NCBI GenBank assembly: GCA_964549305.1
Contig: CAZJVM010000004.1
Location: forward strand, 6,738-70,737
Origin: an uncultured bacterium
Lineage (GTDB): Bacteria; Schekmanbacteria; GWA2-38-11; J061
DNA length: 64,000 bases
Direction: 5' to 3'
This document shows, in pieces, positions 21,882 to 31,044 of this stretch. The notes below the pieces were generated by a model. The model searched no databases. It was given only the letters and a program-made list of their open reading frames with translations, and was not told where the DNA came from. The stretch's first letter is position 1; each line of letters begins with the position of its first letter. The translations under genes and the position numbers were made by a program.

Positions 21882-22678
21882 TTCCCATTATATTAAATAA
21901 AAAAATTTCTTCCGATACTTTTATAGCATCCCTTGACTACAGAAGTTTGCCTGCCACGAATATTATTCCGGGACAATTTTATATGATGGGAATTCCGGGC
22001 CATTGCGAACTTGTTTTGAGAAGACCCTTCAGTGTCTGTGATTTTGACGGAAAAACCCTTAAAATTGCCTACAAAGTAGTCGGCAAAGGCACATCGGTTC
22101 TTTCAACACTTAAAAAGGGCAGTACCGTTGACCTCCTCGGACCTTTCGGCAACGGATTTCAGTACGACAGAGCGGAAGAGAAAGCGATATTCGTCGCGGG
22201 AGGAATAGGAATCGCACCATTTCTTTATTTTGCGAAAAAACTCTTAAAAGAATCTAAAGGGAGAAAGTCCTTAACTCTCTTGTATGGTGGGAGAACCGTA
22301 ACTGACCTTTCCTTTAAAAAATATTTTAATAAACTTACCGATGAAACAATCATTTCAACTGAGGACGGAAGCGAAGGAGACAAAGGATTTGTAACCGATG
22401 TTCTTGAGAAAAAATTAAAAATACTGTTAAAGAATAAAAAGAGCGATGTCAAAATGTATGCAAGCGGACCAAGGGCGATGCTCAAAAAGATTGATGGTAT
22501 TTCAAGGCAACACATGATTCCATGCCAGTTGTCCGCCGAAACGATAATGGGATGCGGATACGGAATTTGTCTGGGATGTGTTTTGGAAAAGAACAAGAAT
22601 AGGCAAAAGAAAGAAAAGAAGCATACCCTTGTCTGCAAAGACGGTCCCGTATTTCAAAGCGGTGAAATAGATTGGTAA
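21875..22678 (+). CDS. pyrK: Dihydroorotate dehydrogenase electron-transfer subunit
   Basis: PGQF, LRRPFS, GPFGNGF, AGGIGIAP, [2Fe-2S] motif MGCGYGICLGC...VCKDGPVF. Start inferred at 21875. Confidence 0.93.
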   Translation: MLIPIILNKKISSDTFIASLDYRSLPATNIIPGQFYMMGIPGHCELVLRRPFSVCDFDGKTLKIAYKVVGKGTSVLSTLKKGSTVDLLGPFGNGFQYDRAEEKAIFVAGGIGIAPFLYFAKKLLKESKGRKSLTLLYGGRTVTDLSFKKYFNKLTDETIISTEDGSEGDKGFVTDVLEKKLKILLKNKKSDVKMYASGPRAMLKKIDGISRQHMIPCQLSAETIMGCGYGICLGCVLEKNKNRQKKEKKHTLVCKDGPVFQSGEIDW

Positions 22679-23628
22679 AATCAAAAAATAAAAAAAAACG
22701 CTCTGTTACTGAAAAATCCGTAAATCTTTCCGTCTCAGTTGCGGGAATAAAATTCAGTAATCCCGTTATCCTCGCCTCAGGCACTTGCGGATACGGAAAG
22801 GAAATTTCTGAATTTATAGATCTTAATGAAATAGGAGGAATCACCACAAAAGGGCTTTCCTTAAAACCGAGAGACGGCAATTCTCCGCCGAGAATTTACG
22901 AAACGTCTTCAGGTGTGCTGAATTCAATAGGGCTTGAAAACGTAGGCGTCGAAAAATTCATTTCCGATTACCTTCCATTTCTGAATACCTTTAAAACCAA
23001 TGTTATCGCGAATATTTTCGGAAATTCCATTGACGAATACAGAGAGATTGCCAAAATCATTTCTTCACAAAAGGGAATTTCCGCAATCGAAATAAACGCG
23101 TCCTGTCCCAATGTCAAAAAAGGAGGGCTCGAATTCGGGAAAACCGCTTTGGGCGCGGGACATCTCGTCGAAAAAGTAAAGGCGGTTTCCAAAATCCCCG
23201 TAATAATGAAACTTTCCCCCAATGTTTCCGATATCGGCGAAATTGCAAAAGCTTCGCAATCGGCAGGCGCCGACGCGCTCTCGCTCATAAACACTCTTGT
23301 GGGAATGTCAATTAATGCGAAAACAAAAAAACCACGCCTGTCAACGGTTACGGGGGGTCTTTCCGGGCCTGCCATAAAACCCGTCGCACTTGCAATGGTA
23401 TGGAAAGTGAAAAATGCGGTTAAAATACCCTTGGTCGGAATGGGCGGAATAATGGACGGCAGTGATGCCGTTGAATTCCTCGTTGCAGGCGCGTCAGCGG
23501 TTGCAATAGGCACCGCAAGCATGGTCAACCCCTATTCGGCAATAGAGATTATCGAAGGAATAAAGAATTTTTGTTCAAATAACGATATTCGTTCCGTATC
23601 TAAATTGACAGGCAGTTTAAAGACATGA
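22672..23628 (+). CDS. pyrD: Dihydroorotate dehydrogenase family 1B catalytic subunit
   Basis: NPVILASGT, EINASCPNV, KLSPNV, LINTL, GGLSGPAIKP. Confidence 0.97.
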   Translation: MVKSKNKKKRSVTEKSVNLSVSVAGIKFSNPVILASGTCGYGKEISEFIDLNEIGGITTKGLSLKPRDGNSPPRIYETSSGVLNSIGLENVGVEKFISDYLPFLNTFKTNVIANIFGNSIDEYREIAKIISSQKGISAIEINASCPNVKKGGLEFGKTALGAGHLVEKVKAVSKIPVIMKLSPNVSDIGEIAKASQSAGADALSLINTLVGMSINAKTKKPRLSTVTGGLSGPAIKPVALAMVWKVKNAVKIPLVGMGGIMDGSDAVEFLVAGASAVAIGTASMVNPYSAIEIIEGIKNFCSNNDIRSVSKLTGSLKT

Positions 23629-24140
23629 AAATTTCCTCGAGAATTCTTGAATTATCTGTCATCATTTCGGTTCTCATATGCGATCAGATAACAAAGCTGA
23701 TAGTTCAGAAATATATGTTTCCGTCACAAAGCTTTGACATAATCAAAGGGTATTTCAACATTACATATGTTCTTAACAAAGGCGCCGCATTTGGAATTCT
23801 TTCGAATCTCAGCCCATCGGTGAGAAAACCCTTTTTCATAACAATCAGCTTGTTGGCGCTGGGGCTGATTATATACCTTCTCTTCGATACTGACAAAAAA
23901 GAGAAACTATTGAGGATATCCTACGGAATGATTCTTTCCGGTGCATTGGGAAATCTTATTGACCGTATTTTTTTGGGAGAAGTAAGGGATTTTCTCGATT
24001 TTTACTGGAAATCATACCATTGGCCCGCTTTCAATATTGCGGATTCCGCGATTTGCGTAGGCACGGGAATTCTCGTAATAGGCATTTTCTTCTCGGAAAA
24101 AACGGCTGAAAATGACAGCGGAAAAGCTGAATCCCGCTGA
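23625..24140 (+). CDS. lspA: Lipoprotein signal peptidase II
   Basis: DQITK, NKGAAFG, GALGNLIDRI, VRDFLDF, WPAFNIADSAI. Confidence 0.98.
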   Translation: MKISSRILELSVIISVLICDQITKLIVQKYMFPSQSFDIIKGYFNITYVLNKGAAFGILSNLSPSVRKPFFITISLLALGLIIYLLFDTDKKEKLLRISYGMILSGALGNLIDRIFLGEVRDFLDFYWKSYHWPAFNIADSAICVGTGILVIGIFFSEKTAENDSGKAESR

Positions 24141-24256
24141 GCAAAATTCTGATAAAGCATTATTTTAAAAAAATTGCTTGAATTCGTAACAAAATTACTG
24201 CAAATGCTCTTCTTTAAACAGAGAAGAAAAAATCCCAGAAACTCGGAGACAAGGTT

Positions 24257-27200
24257 TTGCCAAAACGTACAGATATTCATAAAATTCTCTTAATCGGCTC
24301 AGGCCCCATTGTCATAGGACAGGCATGTGAATTCGACTATTCCGGCACGCAGGCCTGTAAGGCACTGAAGGAGGAAGGTTACCAGACAGTACTTGTAAAC
24401 AGTAATCCCGCAACAATAATGACAGACCCCGAAATGTCGGACTCCACCTACATTGAACCTCTTGAGGCGGAAACACTTGAAAAAATAATCGCGAAAGAAA
24501 GTCCTGACGCGCTGCTGCCTACCATAGGAGGCCAGACAGGACTCAATATTTCCGTAGAGCTTCACAAAAAAGGCATCCTCGACAAATACGGCGTTGAGAT
24601 GATTGGCGCAAATATCGACGCAATAGAAAAAGCTGAGGACAGAAACCTTTTTAAAAAGGCGATTACGAATATCGGACTGAACATACCACCAAGCGGATAT
24701 GTTACATCGGAGAAAGAAGCGCAGGAGGTCATAAAGGAGATAGGTTTCCCAGCTATAATCAGGCCCTCTTTCACATTGGGAGGCACCGGAGGAAACATTG
24801 CCTATAACCGGGAAGAGTTCAGAGAGTATGTCAACTGGGGACTTTCCGCGAGTCCTTTCAGCCAGATTCTCATAGAAAAATCCCTCATCGGATGGAAAGA
24901 ATTCGAATTGGAAGTAATGAGAGATTCCAGAGACAATGTGGTAATTATATGCACTATAGAAAACTTTGACCCTATGGGAGTCCACACGGGCGACAGCATT
25001 ACCGTTGCGCCGGCACAAACTCTTACGGATAAGGAATATCAGATTCTGCGGAACGCTTCGATTGACATCATAAGGGAAATCGGAGTGGATACCGGCGGAT
25101 CAAACATACAGTTTGCCGTAAACCCGGAAAACGGAGAAATGTTCGTAATTGAAATGAATCCGAGGGTTTCAAGGTCATCGGCGCTCGCTTCGAAAGCTAC
25201 CGGTTTCCCTATTGCTAAAATTGCCGCGAAACTTGCAATAGGTCTGACACTCGATGAAATTCCCAATGACATAACAAAAATGACACCTGCGTCATTCGAA
25301 CCCACTATAGATTACTGCGTAGTAAAGTTCCCGCGCTTTACATTCGAAAAATTTCCCAAGGCCGACCAAACTCTTACGACTCAGATGAAATCCGTAGGGG
25401 AAGTAATGACGATAGGACGGACATTCAAGGAATCCCTGCAAAAAGCAATCCGCTCTCTTGAAATTGAAATTAAAACACTGGAAATCTACAAAGAGGCAAA
25501 ACAACTTACCGATGAATTCATAAAAGAGAAGCTCAAAGTGCCAAACTGGCAGAGGGTTTGGTTTATCGGAGAAGCTATCAGAAGAAAAATTCCGATTAAG
25601 GAAATTTATGATATTTCAGGCATAGACCCTTGGTTTTTAAATAATATACGGGAAATTTCGGAATATGAAACTATGATTCTGGAAAAAATTCCCGCGGAAA
25701 AAGAAAATGCTCGAAAATTGAAGCAGGCAAACCCAACCGATAATGACAGAGGCAGTGACCTTGCAATGATGATAAGAAGAGGGAAAGAACTAGGTTTCTC
25801 GGACGATTTTTTTAGCAAAAAACTCGATATGAGTGAAATCGACTTCAGGGCATTGAGAAAAAAACTTTCCATTGAAGCCGTTTTCAAAATGGTTGATACC
25901 TGCGCTGCGGAATTTGAAGCATTCACTCCCTATCTTTATTCCACTTATGAAAGCGAATGCGAAGCAAATCCGTCGCAGAGGAGGAAAATCGTAATCCTTG
26001 GAGGCGGACCGAACAGAATCGGTCAGGGAATCGAATTTGACTACTGCTGCGTGCATGCGGCAATGGCTTTAAAGAAAGACGGCTTCGAAACAATTATGGT
26101 TAACTGCAATCCCGAAACGGTAAGCACCGATTATGACACTTCGGACAGACTCTATTTCGAACCTCTCACATATGAAGAAGTTATGAATATCGTTGAAAAA
26201 GAAAAACCGGAGGGAGTCATTGTACAGTTTGGGGGACAGACTCCTTTAAAGCTTTCGAAAATTCTCAAGGAGAGCGGAGTCAACATTCTGGGGACCTCTC
26301 CCGAATCCATCGACCTTGCCGAAGACAGGGAAAAGTTCAAAGATGTTATTGCCGAATTAAATTTTCTCCAGCCTCCAAACGGCATTGCAACATCCCTGGA
26401 ATCTGCCGTAAAGGAAGCCGAAAAGATCGGTTATCCGGTACTGCTTCGCCCTTCGTATGTCCTTGGAGGCAGGGCAATGGAAATAGTATATGACAAAGAG
26501 GGATTGGAAAGATATATGAAGTTTGCCCTTCGCGTCTCTCCCGAGCACCCCATTCTCATAGACAAATTTCTTATCGATGCCATTGAAATAGATGTGGACG
26601 CAATATGCGACGGGAAACTCTGCGTCATTGCGGGAGTGATGGAGCATATAGAAGAAGCGGGAATTCACTCCGGTGACAGCGCGTGCTCACTGCCTCCATA
26701 TTCCCTGAAAAAAGAAATCATAGAAGAGATAAAAAATCAGACAAGAAGAATGGCATTCAAGCTTAATGTGAAAGGACTTATAAATATACAGTTCGCCATT
26801 AAAAACGAAGAAATATTTTTACTTGAAGTCAATCCCCGCGCTTCAAGGACAATACCTTTTGTAAGCAAAACAGTAGGTCTCCCCTTCGCAAAAATAGCGG
26901 CAAGAGTAATGGCAGGAAAAACTCTTTCAGAGCTTGGCATTGAATCAGAGGCAAGCATAAACCATATCGCTGTGAAAGAAGCGGTTTTCCCGTTCATAAA
27001 GTTTCCCGGTGTAGACACTATTTTAGGCCCCGAAATGAAATCTACGGGAGAAGTAATGGGAATCGACTCAGATTTCGGAAGAGCGTTTTATAAATCTCAG
27101 ATTGCCGCGGGGACAAAACTTCCCAAGGAAGGGAATGTATTTATAAGCGTTAAAGACGAGGATAAGGGGTTTGCGATTTCATTGGCAAAAAAGCTTGATG

Positions 27201-27532
27201 ATATGGGTTTTCACATAATGGCAACAAAAGGAACTCATGAAATATTTAGAATAAAAGGCATCGAATCAACATTTGTTAAAAAAGTTCAGGAAGGAAGACC
27301 GCATATTGTCGATGTTCTGAAAGACGGTAAAATTAACCTTGTAATAAATACCACATCGGGGAAACAGTCTGTGGAGGATTCCTTTTCCTTGCGAAGGACA
27401 ACTCTTGTAAAAAATATTCCTTACTGTACGACTATGGCAGGTGCAACTGCGGCAGTAAGGGGAATTGAATCACTGCTAAAAGGAAATCTAGCTGTAACAT
27501 CGCTTCAGGAATATTATAAAAGTGACAAATAA
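24257..27532 (+). CDS. carB: Carbamoyl-phosphate synthase large subunit
   Basis: [29 protein letters not shown], duplicated ATP-grasp domains, C-terminal MGS domain; TTG start. Confidence 0.99.
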   Translation: MPKRTDIHKILLIGSGPIVIGQACEFDYSGTQACKALKEEGYQTVLVNSNPATIMTDPEMSDSTYIEPLEAETLEKIIAKESPDALLPTIGGQTGLNISVELHKKGILDKYGVEMIGANIDAIEKAEDRNLFKKAITNIGLNIPPSGYVTSEKEAQEVIKEIGFPAIIRPSFTLGGTGGNIAYNREEFREYVNWGLSASPFSQILIEKSLIGWKEFELEVMRDSRDNVVIICTIENFDPMGVHTGDSITVAPAQTLTDKEYQILRNASIDIIREIGVDTGGSNIQFAVNPENGEMFVIEMNPRVSRSSALASKATGFPIAKIAAKLAIGLTLDEIPNDITKMTPASFEPTIDYCVVKFPRFTFEKFPKADQTLTTQMKSVGEVMTIGRTFKESLQKAIRSLEIEIKTLEIYKEAKQLTDEFIKEKLKVPNWQRVWFIGEAIRRKIPIKEIYDISGIDPWFLNNIREISEYETMILEKIPAEKENARKLKQANPTDNDRGSDLAMMIRRGKELGFSDDFFSKKLDMSEIDFRALRKKLSIEAVFKMVDTCAAEFEAFTPYLYSTYESECEANPSQRRKIVILGGGPNRIGQGIEFDYCCVHAAMALKKDGFETIMVNCNPETVSTDYDTSDRLYFEPLTYEEVMNIVEKEKPEGVIVQFGGQTPLKLSKILKESGVNILGTSPESIDLAEDREKFKDVIAELNFLQPPNGIATSLESAVKEAEKIGYPVLLRPSYVLGGRAMEIVYDKEGLERYMKFALRVSPEHPILIDKFLIDAIEIDVDAICDGKLCVIAGVMEHIEEAGIHSGDSACSLPPYSLKKEIIEEIKNQTRRMAFKLNVKGLINIQFAIKNEEIFLLEVNPRASRTIPFVSKTVGLPFAKIAARVMAGKTLSELGIESEASINHIAVKEAVFPFIKFPGVDTILGPEMKSTGEVMGIDSDFGRAFYKSQIAAGTKLPKEGNVFISVKDEDKGFAISLAKKLDDMGFHIMATKGTHEIFRIKGIESTFVKKVQEGRPHIVDVLKDGKINLVINTTSGKQSVEDSFSLRRTTLVKNIPYCTTMAGATAAVRGIESLLKGNLAVTSLQEYYKSDK

Positions 27533-27563
27533 AGTCACTTTTTATGACCTTTAGTGTCACTTT
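27518..27563. promoter_or_regulatory. Tandem TGAC-N7-GTCA palindromes: candidate PilR-type enhancer (UAS)
   Basis: AAAAGTGAC-N7-GTCACTTTT (27518-27542) and TGAC-N7-GTCA (27545-27559), 22 bp apart, about 105-145 bp upstream of a sigma54 promoter. Confidence 0.6.
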
Positions 27564-27611
27564 TTTACTATTCATTTTTATATTTTTCTTCTTCTTCTAT
27601 TTCTTTCCCGT

Positions 27612-27624
27612 TAACATACTGATT
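27612..27624 (-). promoter_or_regulatory. IHF site
   Basis: Minus strand AATCAG-TATG-TTA matches WATCAR-N4-TTR and lies between the UAS and the -24/-12 promoter. Confidence 0.55.
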
Positions 27625-27663
27625 AATAGCTTTTTTTAAAATAATCTTAATTTTTTTTCTTTA

Positions 27664-27679
27664 TGGCACGATAGTTGCA
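27664..27679 (+). promoter_or_regulatory. Sigma54 (-24/-12) promoter of pilA
   Basis: TGGCAC-GATAG-TTGCA, exact consensus spacing, 39 nt before the pilA ATG. Confidence 0.92.
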
Positions 27680-27718
27680 TATCTACTTACAAACGAACAA
27701 TTGAAAGGAGGTGCAGTT

Positions 27719-28168
27719 ATGTTTAGAAGAATCAAGGAAAGAAAAGGTTTTACACTCATTGAGCTGATGATTGTTGTTGCAATTATCGGTATTCTCGCCG
27801 CAATAGCCATCCCGAACTTTCTGAAGTTTCAGGCAAAAGCGAAACAGTCTGAAGCAAAGAACAACCTTTCTGCGATATTTACATCACAGATTAGCTATTT
27901 TGGTGAGAACAATGCATTCGGATCAACTTTTCCAGCTTTAAACTTTAGCCCTGAAGGTTCGACAAGATATGAATATTTCTTGGCGTCAGGTGAAACAACG
28001 GGGTCCATATCCGGTGAAACAATGCCTGCAAATGTTGCAGTCGCGACAAATGCCTTTACGGCAGGCGCATCTGGAAACATTGACACGGAAACCACATACA
28101 AAGACGTTTGGGAGATTAATGACGCGAAGAATCTCACAAACACGACAAATGACGTTTCACAAGATTAA
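27719..28168 (+). CDS. pilA: Type IVa major pilin
   Basis: RBS AAAGGAGGT; class III signal KG|[22 protein letters not shown] with E5; mature length 139 aa; own terminator. Confidence 0.95.
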   Translation: MFRRIKERKGFTLIELMIVVAIIGILAAIAIPNFLKFQAKAKQSEAKNNLSAIFTSQISYFGENNAFGSTFPALNFSPEGSTRYEYFLASGETTGSISGETMPANVAVATNAFTAGASGNIDTETTYKDVWEINDAKNLTNTTNDVSQD

Positions 28169-28184
28169 CATTTAGAAATGTTGT

Positions 28185-28219
28185 AAAGGGAGGATATGAA
28201 AAATATCCTCCCTTTTTTT
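28185..28219 (+). terminator. Intrinsic terminator after pilA
   Basis: AAAGGGAGGATAT-GAAAA-ATATCCTCCCTTT followed by a T-tract. Confidence 0.9.
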
Positions 28220-28235
28220 ATTTAAATAAAAATTT

Positions 28236-30164
28236 GTGGAAAATACAGACAGAAAGATAATTTCCATTCCTTTTGCATTACTTTCAATCATTATTATCAT
28301 CACTCCTCTGTTTGCAGGCGGGTCAACATACTTACCCGTAGCGCTTGTGAGAATTCTTACCTTTACGACATTTGCGGCAATGCTGTTTCGGAAGTACAAA
28401 GAAAAAGAAAAAAAGATTGTAAATATATCTTTTGAAGGAATTCTCCTCTTTGCCCTTATTTCATTGCCTTTAATATATACATTTTACAATACCGCTTGCT
28501 TTTATGATTCTCTTCAATGGAGTATCAGCGTCCTGACTTTTTTCTCTCTTTTCTGTGTCTCGTCCTATTGCTTAAAAAACTGGAATAACCGCAACCTGAT
28601 AATAATAATGTTAATAATAATTTCCTCTGCGGAAGCACTGGCAGGAATCATCCAATTTTTCTTTTTAAGTATGCTGCGGGCAAAAGGGACCTTTTACAAC
28701 CCTAACCATTACGGACTTTTTCTCGCTGTATGTTCTGTAATAATAATTTCAAATCTTCTGTTTGCTGAAAAGAAAAGCGACAGAAATTATTCGAAACTTA
28801 TCCTTGTTGCCGCTCTTATATTAAACATTTCCGGAATTCTTTTTTCCGCGTCAAAGGGCGTATCTTTAAGCTTTCTTCTGGTACTTCTCATTATGCTGTT
28901 TTACCGCTTCAAGGTAAGAGGATTGATAGTGTTTCTCGTCATTATCACCACCATTGTCATCATTCCCAATCCGCTTTCCCATAGGGTAGAAATTGCCCTC
29001 AACTACGACATCTTCGGGCTGAGCCGCATTAACATATGGCAAAGCGCATTGGAAATGTTCAGGGACAATCCCCCGGGAATAGGACCCGCAATGTTTAAGT
29101 ACTATTTCTACCGATATAATTTTCCAGTAAATGAAGGGATTGCAATCTTTGGAAATCACGCCAAAACAGCGCATAACGAATATCTTCAGTTTATGGTTGA
29201 ATCGGGAATACCCGGTGTCATCCTTGCTGCAGCGCTTTTTTTAATCTTTTCCCTAAGATTGTTTCAAAGAATTAAGAAGGAAAAGAATGCTTTCCTGAAG
29301 AATGATTTCGCGGCATTCTTTTTCGCGGCATTACTTATTATGTTTCATTCTGTAACAGATTCCTCTCTTCACGACTATACTTCTGCCATTATGTTATCTC
29401 TCTTTGGTGGTTTAATATGGCCTGTCGAAGACAAAAAAAACTATATTGCATCTTTTCAGATTTCACGTTTTTTTGCCCCCATTATGCTCATACCGTCAAT
29501 AGTTGTAATCGCTCTATGCTCTTTCCTTTTTGCGGGCCAATATTATTCCGATTTGGGAGTGAGGCAAAACAGACTGGCGGATTATGAATCAGCGGAAAAA
29601 AATTTAAAAAGGTCGGTTTCTCTAATCCCCTTTTCTCCCTCGAGCTTTAACGCATTGGCAAATGTAAAAATTAACAGGTTTATTGAATCGGGAAAGTTTG
29701 AAGATCTTCAATCCGCTTTTTTATATGAATCGAATGCAATGGCATTAAACCCGATGAATCCTTATTATCCCTTTTACTGCGGGAAAATAATGAAAACGAT
29801 TTTTTTTGAAACTAAGAATCCCCTTTATCTTGAAAAATCACTATTTTTTTTGGAAAAAGCTCAGAGCATTAATCCCTATAATCCTTTTTACAAACTTGAA
29901 ACAGCATCGGTTTATCTAATTGCGCAGAGAAATGAAAAAGCCGTCAAAACGCTTGAAAACACCTTAAAAATTGAACCTCTCTTCCTTCCTGCAAGTGAAA
30001 TGCTTTACAATTTATATGAAGACGAAAGAAAAGCTGATATAATTAACAAGATATCGTGGCAAATGAAAAAATTGGAAGCAAAAAAGAAACAACTGAAAAA
30101 TCTCACACCTTATGAAAGACTTTTTTTTAAAATTTCTCCGAAAATAAAAAAGAAGATAAAATAA
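28236..30164 (+). CDS. O-antigen ligase / O-oligosaccharyltransferase-like (Wzy_C) membrane protein with C-terminal TPRs
   Basis: About 12 TMs, RAKGTFYNPNHYG, SASKG, RINIWQSALEMFRDNP.GIG, AHNEYLQFMVESGIPG, TPR tail. Confidence 0.85.
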   Translation: MENTDRKIISIPFALLSIIIIITPLFAGGSTYLPVALVRILTFTTFAAMLFRKYKEKEKKIVNISFEGILLFALISLPLIYTFYNTACFYDSLQWSISVLTFFSLFCVSSYCLKNWNNRNLIIIMLIIISSAEALAGIIQFFFLSMLRAKGTFYNPNHYGLFLAVCSVIIISNLLFAEKKSDRNYSKLILVAALILNISGILFSASKGVSLSFLLVLLIMLFYRFKVRGLIVFLVIITTIVIIPNPLSHRVEIALNYDIFGLSRINIWQSALEMFRDNPPGIGPAMFKYYFYRYNFPVNEGIAIFGNHAKTAHNEYLQFMVESGIPGVILAAALFLIFSLRLFQRIKKEKNAFLKNDFAAFFFAALLIMFHSVTDSSLHDYTSAIMLSLFGGLIWPVEDKKNYIASFQISRFFAPIMLIPSIVVIALCSFLFAGQYYSDLGVRQNRLADYESAEKNLKRSVSLIPFSPSSFNALANVKINRFIESGKFEDLQSAFLYESNAMALNPMNPYYPFYCGKIMKTIFFETKNPLYLEKSLFFLEKAQSINPYNPFYKLETASVYLIAQRNEKAVKTLENTLKIEPLFLPASEMLYNLYEDERKADIINKISWQMKKLEAKKKQLKNLTPYERLFFKISPKIKKKIK

Positions 30165-31036
30165 TGTCCCTGCTCAAAAACAAAAGACTGTTAACCGCAA
30201 TTTTAATTATCATCATTTTTCCTGTAATTTATCTGACTCAATTCAGAATTGACGGTTACAAATCCGATTTTCAAAAAATCGAAGACTTTGCTTTCACTCC
30301 TCCCGCAAAAATACTGACGGCAGTTTCTTTAAACCAAAAAGCCATTATAGCGGATATTCTTTGGCTTAAAGTAATTCAATATATAGGGGAAAAACAACAA
30401 TCCGAAAAAGGTTGGAAATGGTTTTACCATAACATAAATGTAATAACGGACATTGATCCTGATTTCTCCATTGCCTATCAGTTTTCCGGGCTTATTTTTT
30501 CCATCTTCGGCAACCGAATCGATGAAAGCATTTCAATTCTTAAAAAAGGCGTAAAAAATAACCCCGATAACTGGTATCTCTATTTTCTGTTAGGATATAA
30601 CTATTTTTACGAATTAAAGGATTACCAGAAAGCCGCTTTTTATATTGAGCGCGCGTCATTTATCAAGGGTTCTCCAGCGTTTTTAAAATTTTTCACCACA
30701 CGCCTTTACAGCAGCGCGGGCAGTCCCGAAAACGGAATAATTTTTACGGAAAGCCTTCTCAATAAAACTACAAATGAAGATATGAGGGAAAAACTTCTTA
30801 ACCGGTTGAAGATACTCTATATTGAAAGAGACCTCAATGTTCTCAATTATAAAATATCGGAATATGAAAAAAAATATGGCACACCCCCGTCTTCATTGGG
30901 CGACATCGTGAAAAGAGGACTTCTAAACGCTATTCCCGAAGACCCTTTCGGAAAAAAATACTTCCTTGACAGAGAAACCGGAAAGACAAAATCCTTATCG
31001 GTTAAAGAAACGTTGAAAGTTTTTCGCAGGCACTAA
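30164..31036 (+). CDS. Pilus-locus accessory protein (N-terminal TM, TPR-like helices, GspG-like C-terminal motif)
   Basis: ADILWLKVIQY, DPDFSIAYQFSG, ILKKGVKNNPDNW; tail YGTPPSSLGDIVKRGLLNAIPEDPFGKKY. Start overlaps the upstream stop (TAATG). Confidence 0.6.
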   Translation: MSLLKNKRLLTAILIIIIFPVIYLTQFRIDGYKSDFQKIEDFAFTPPAKILTAVSLNQKAIIADILWLKVIQYIGEKQQSEKGWKWFYHNINVITDIDPDFSIAYQFSGLIFSIFGNRIDESISILKKGVKNNPDNWYLYFLLGYNYFYELKDYQKAAFYIERASFIKGSPAFLKFFTTRLYSSAGSPENGIIFTESLLNKTTNEDMREKLLNRLKILYIERDLNVLNYKISEYEKKYGTPPSSLGDIVKRGLLNAIPEDPFGKKYFLDRETGKTKSLSVKETLKVFRRH

Positions 31037-31044
31037 AAGCAGAA

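Noticed and set aside
24299-25018. 239-aa ORF antisense to carB
   Set aside because: Antisense shadow with Cys/Phe/Arg-rich, non-protein-like composition.
23625-27532. lspA inside the pyr cluster and carB without adjacent carA
   Set aside because: Split carA/carB and shuffled housekeeping order are common; no sign of a functional link.
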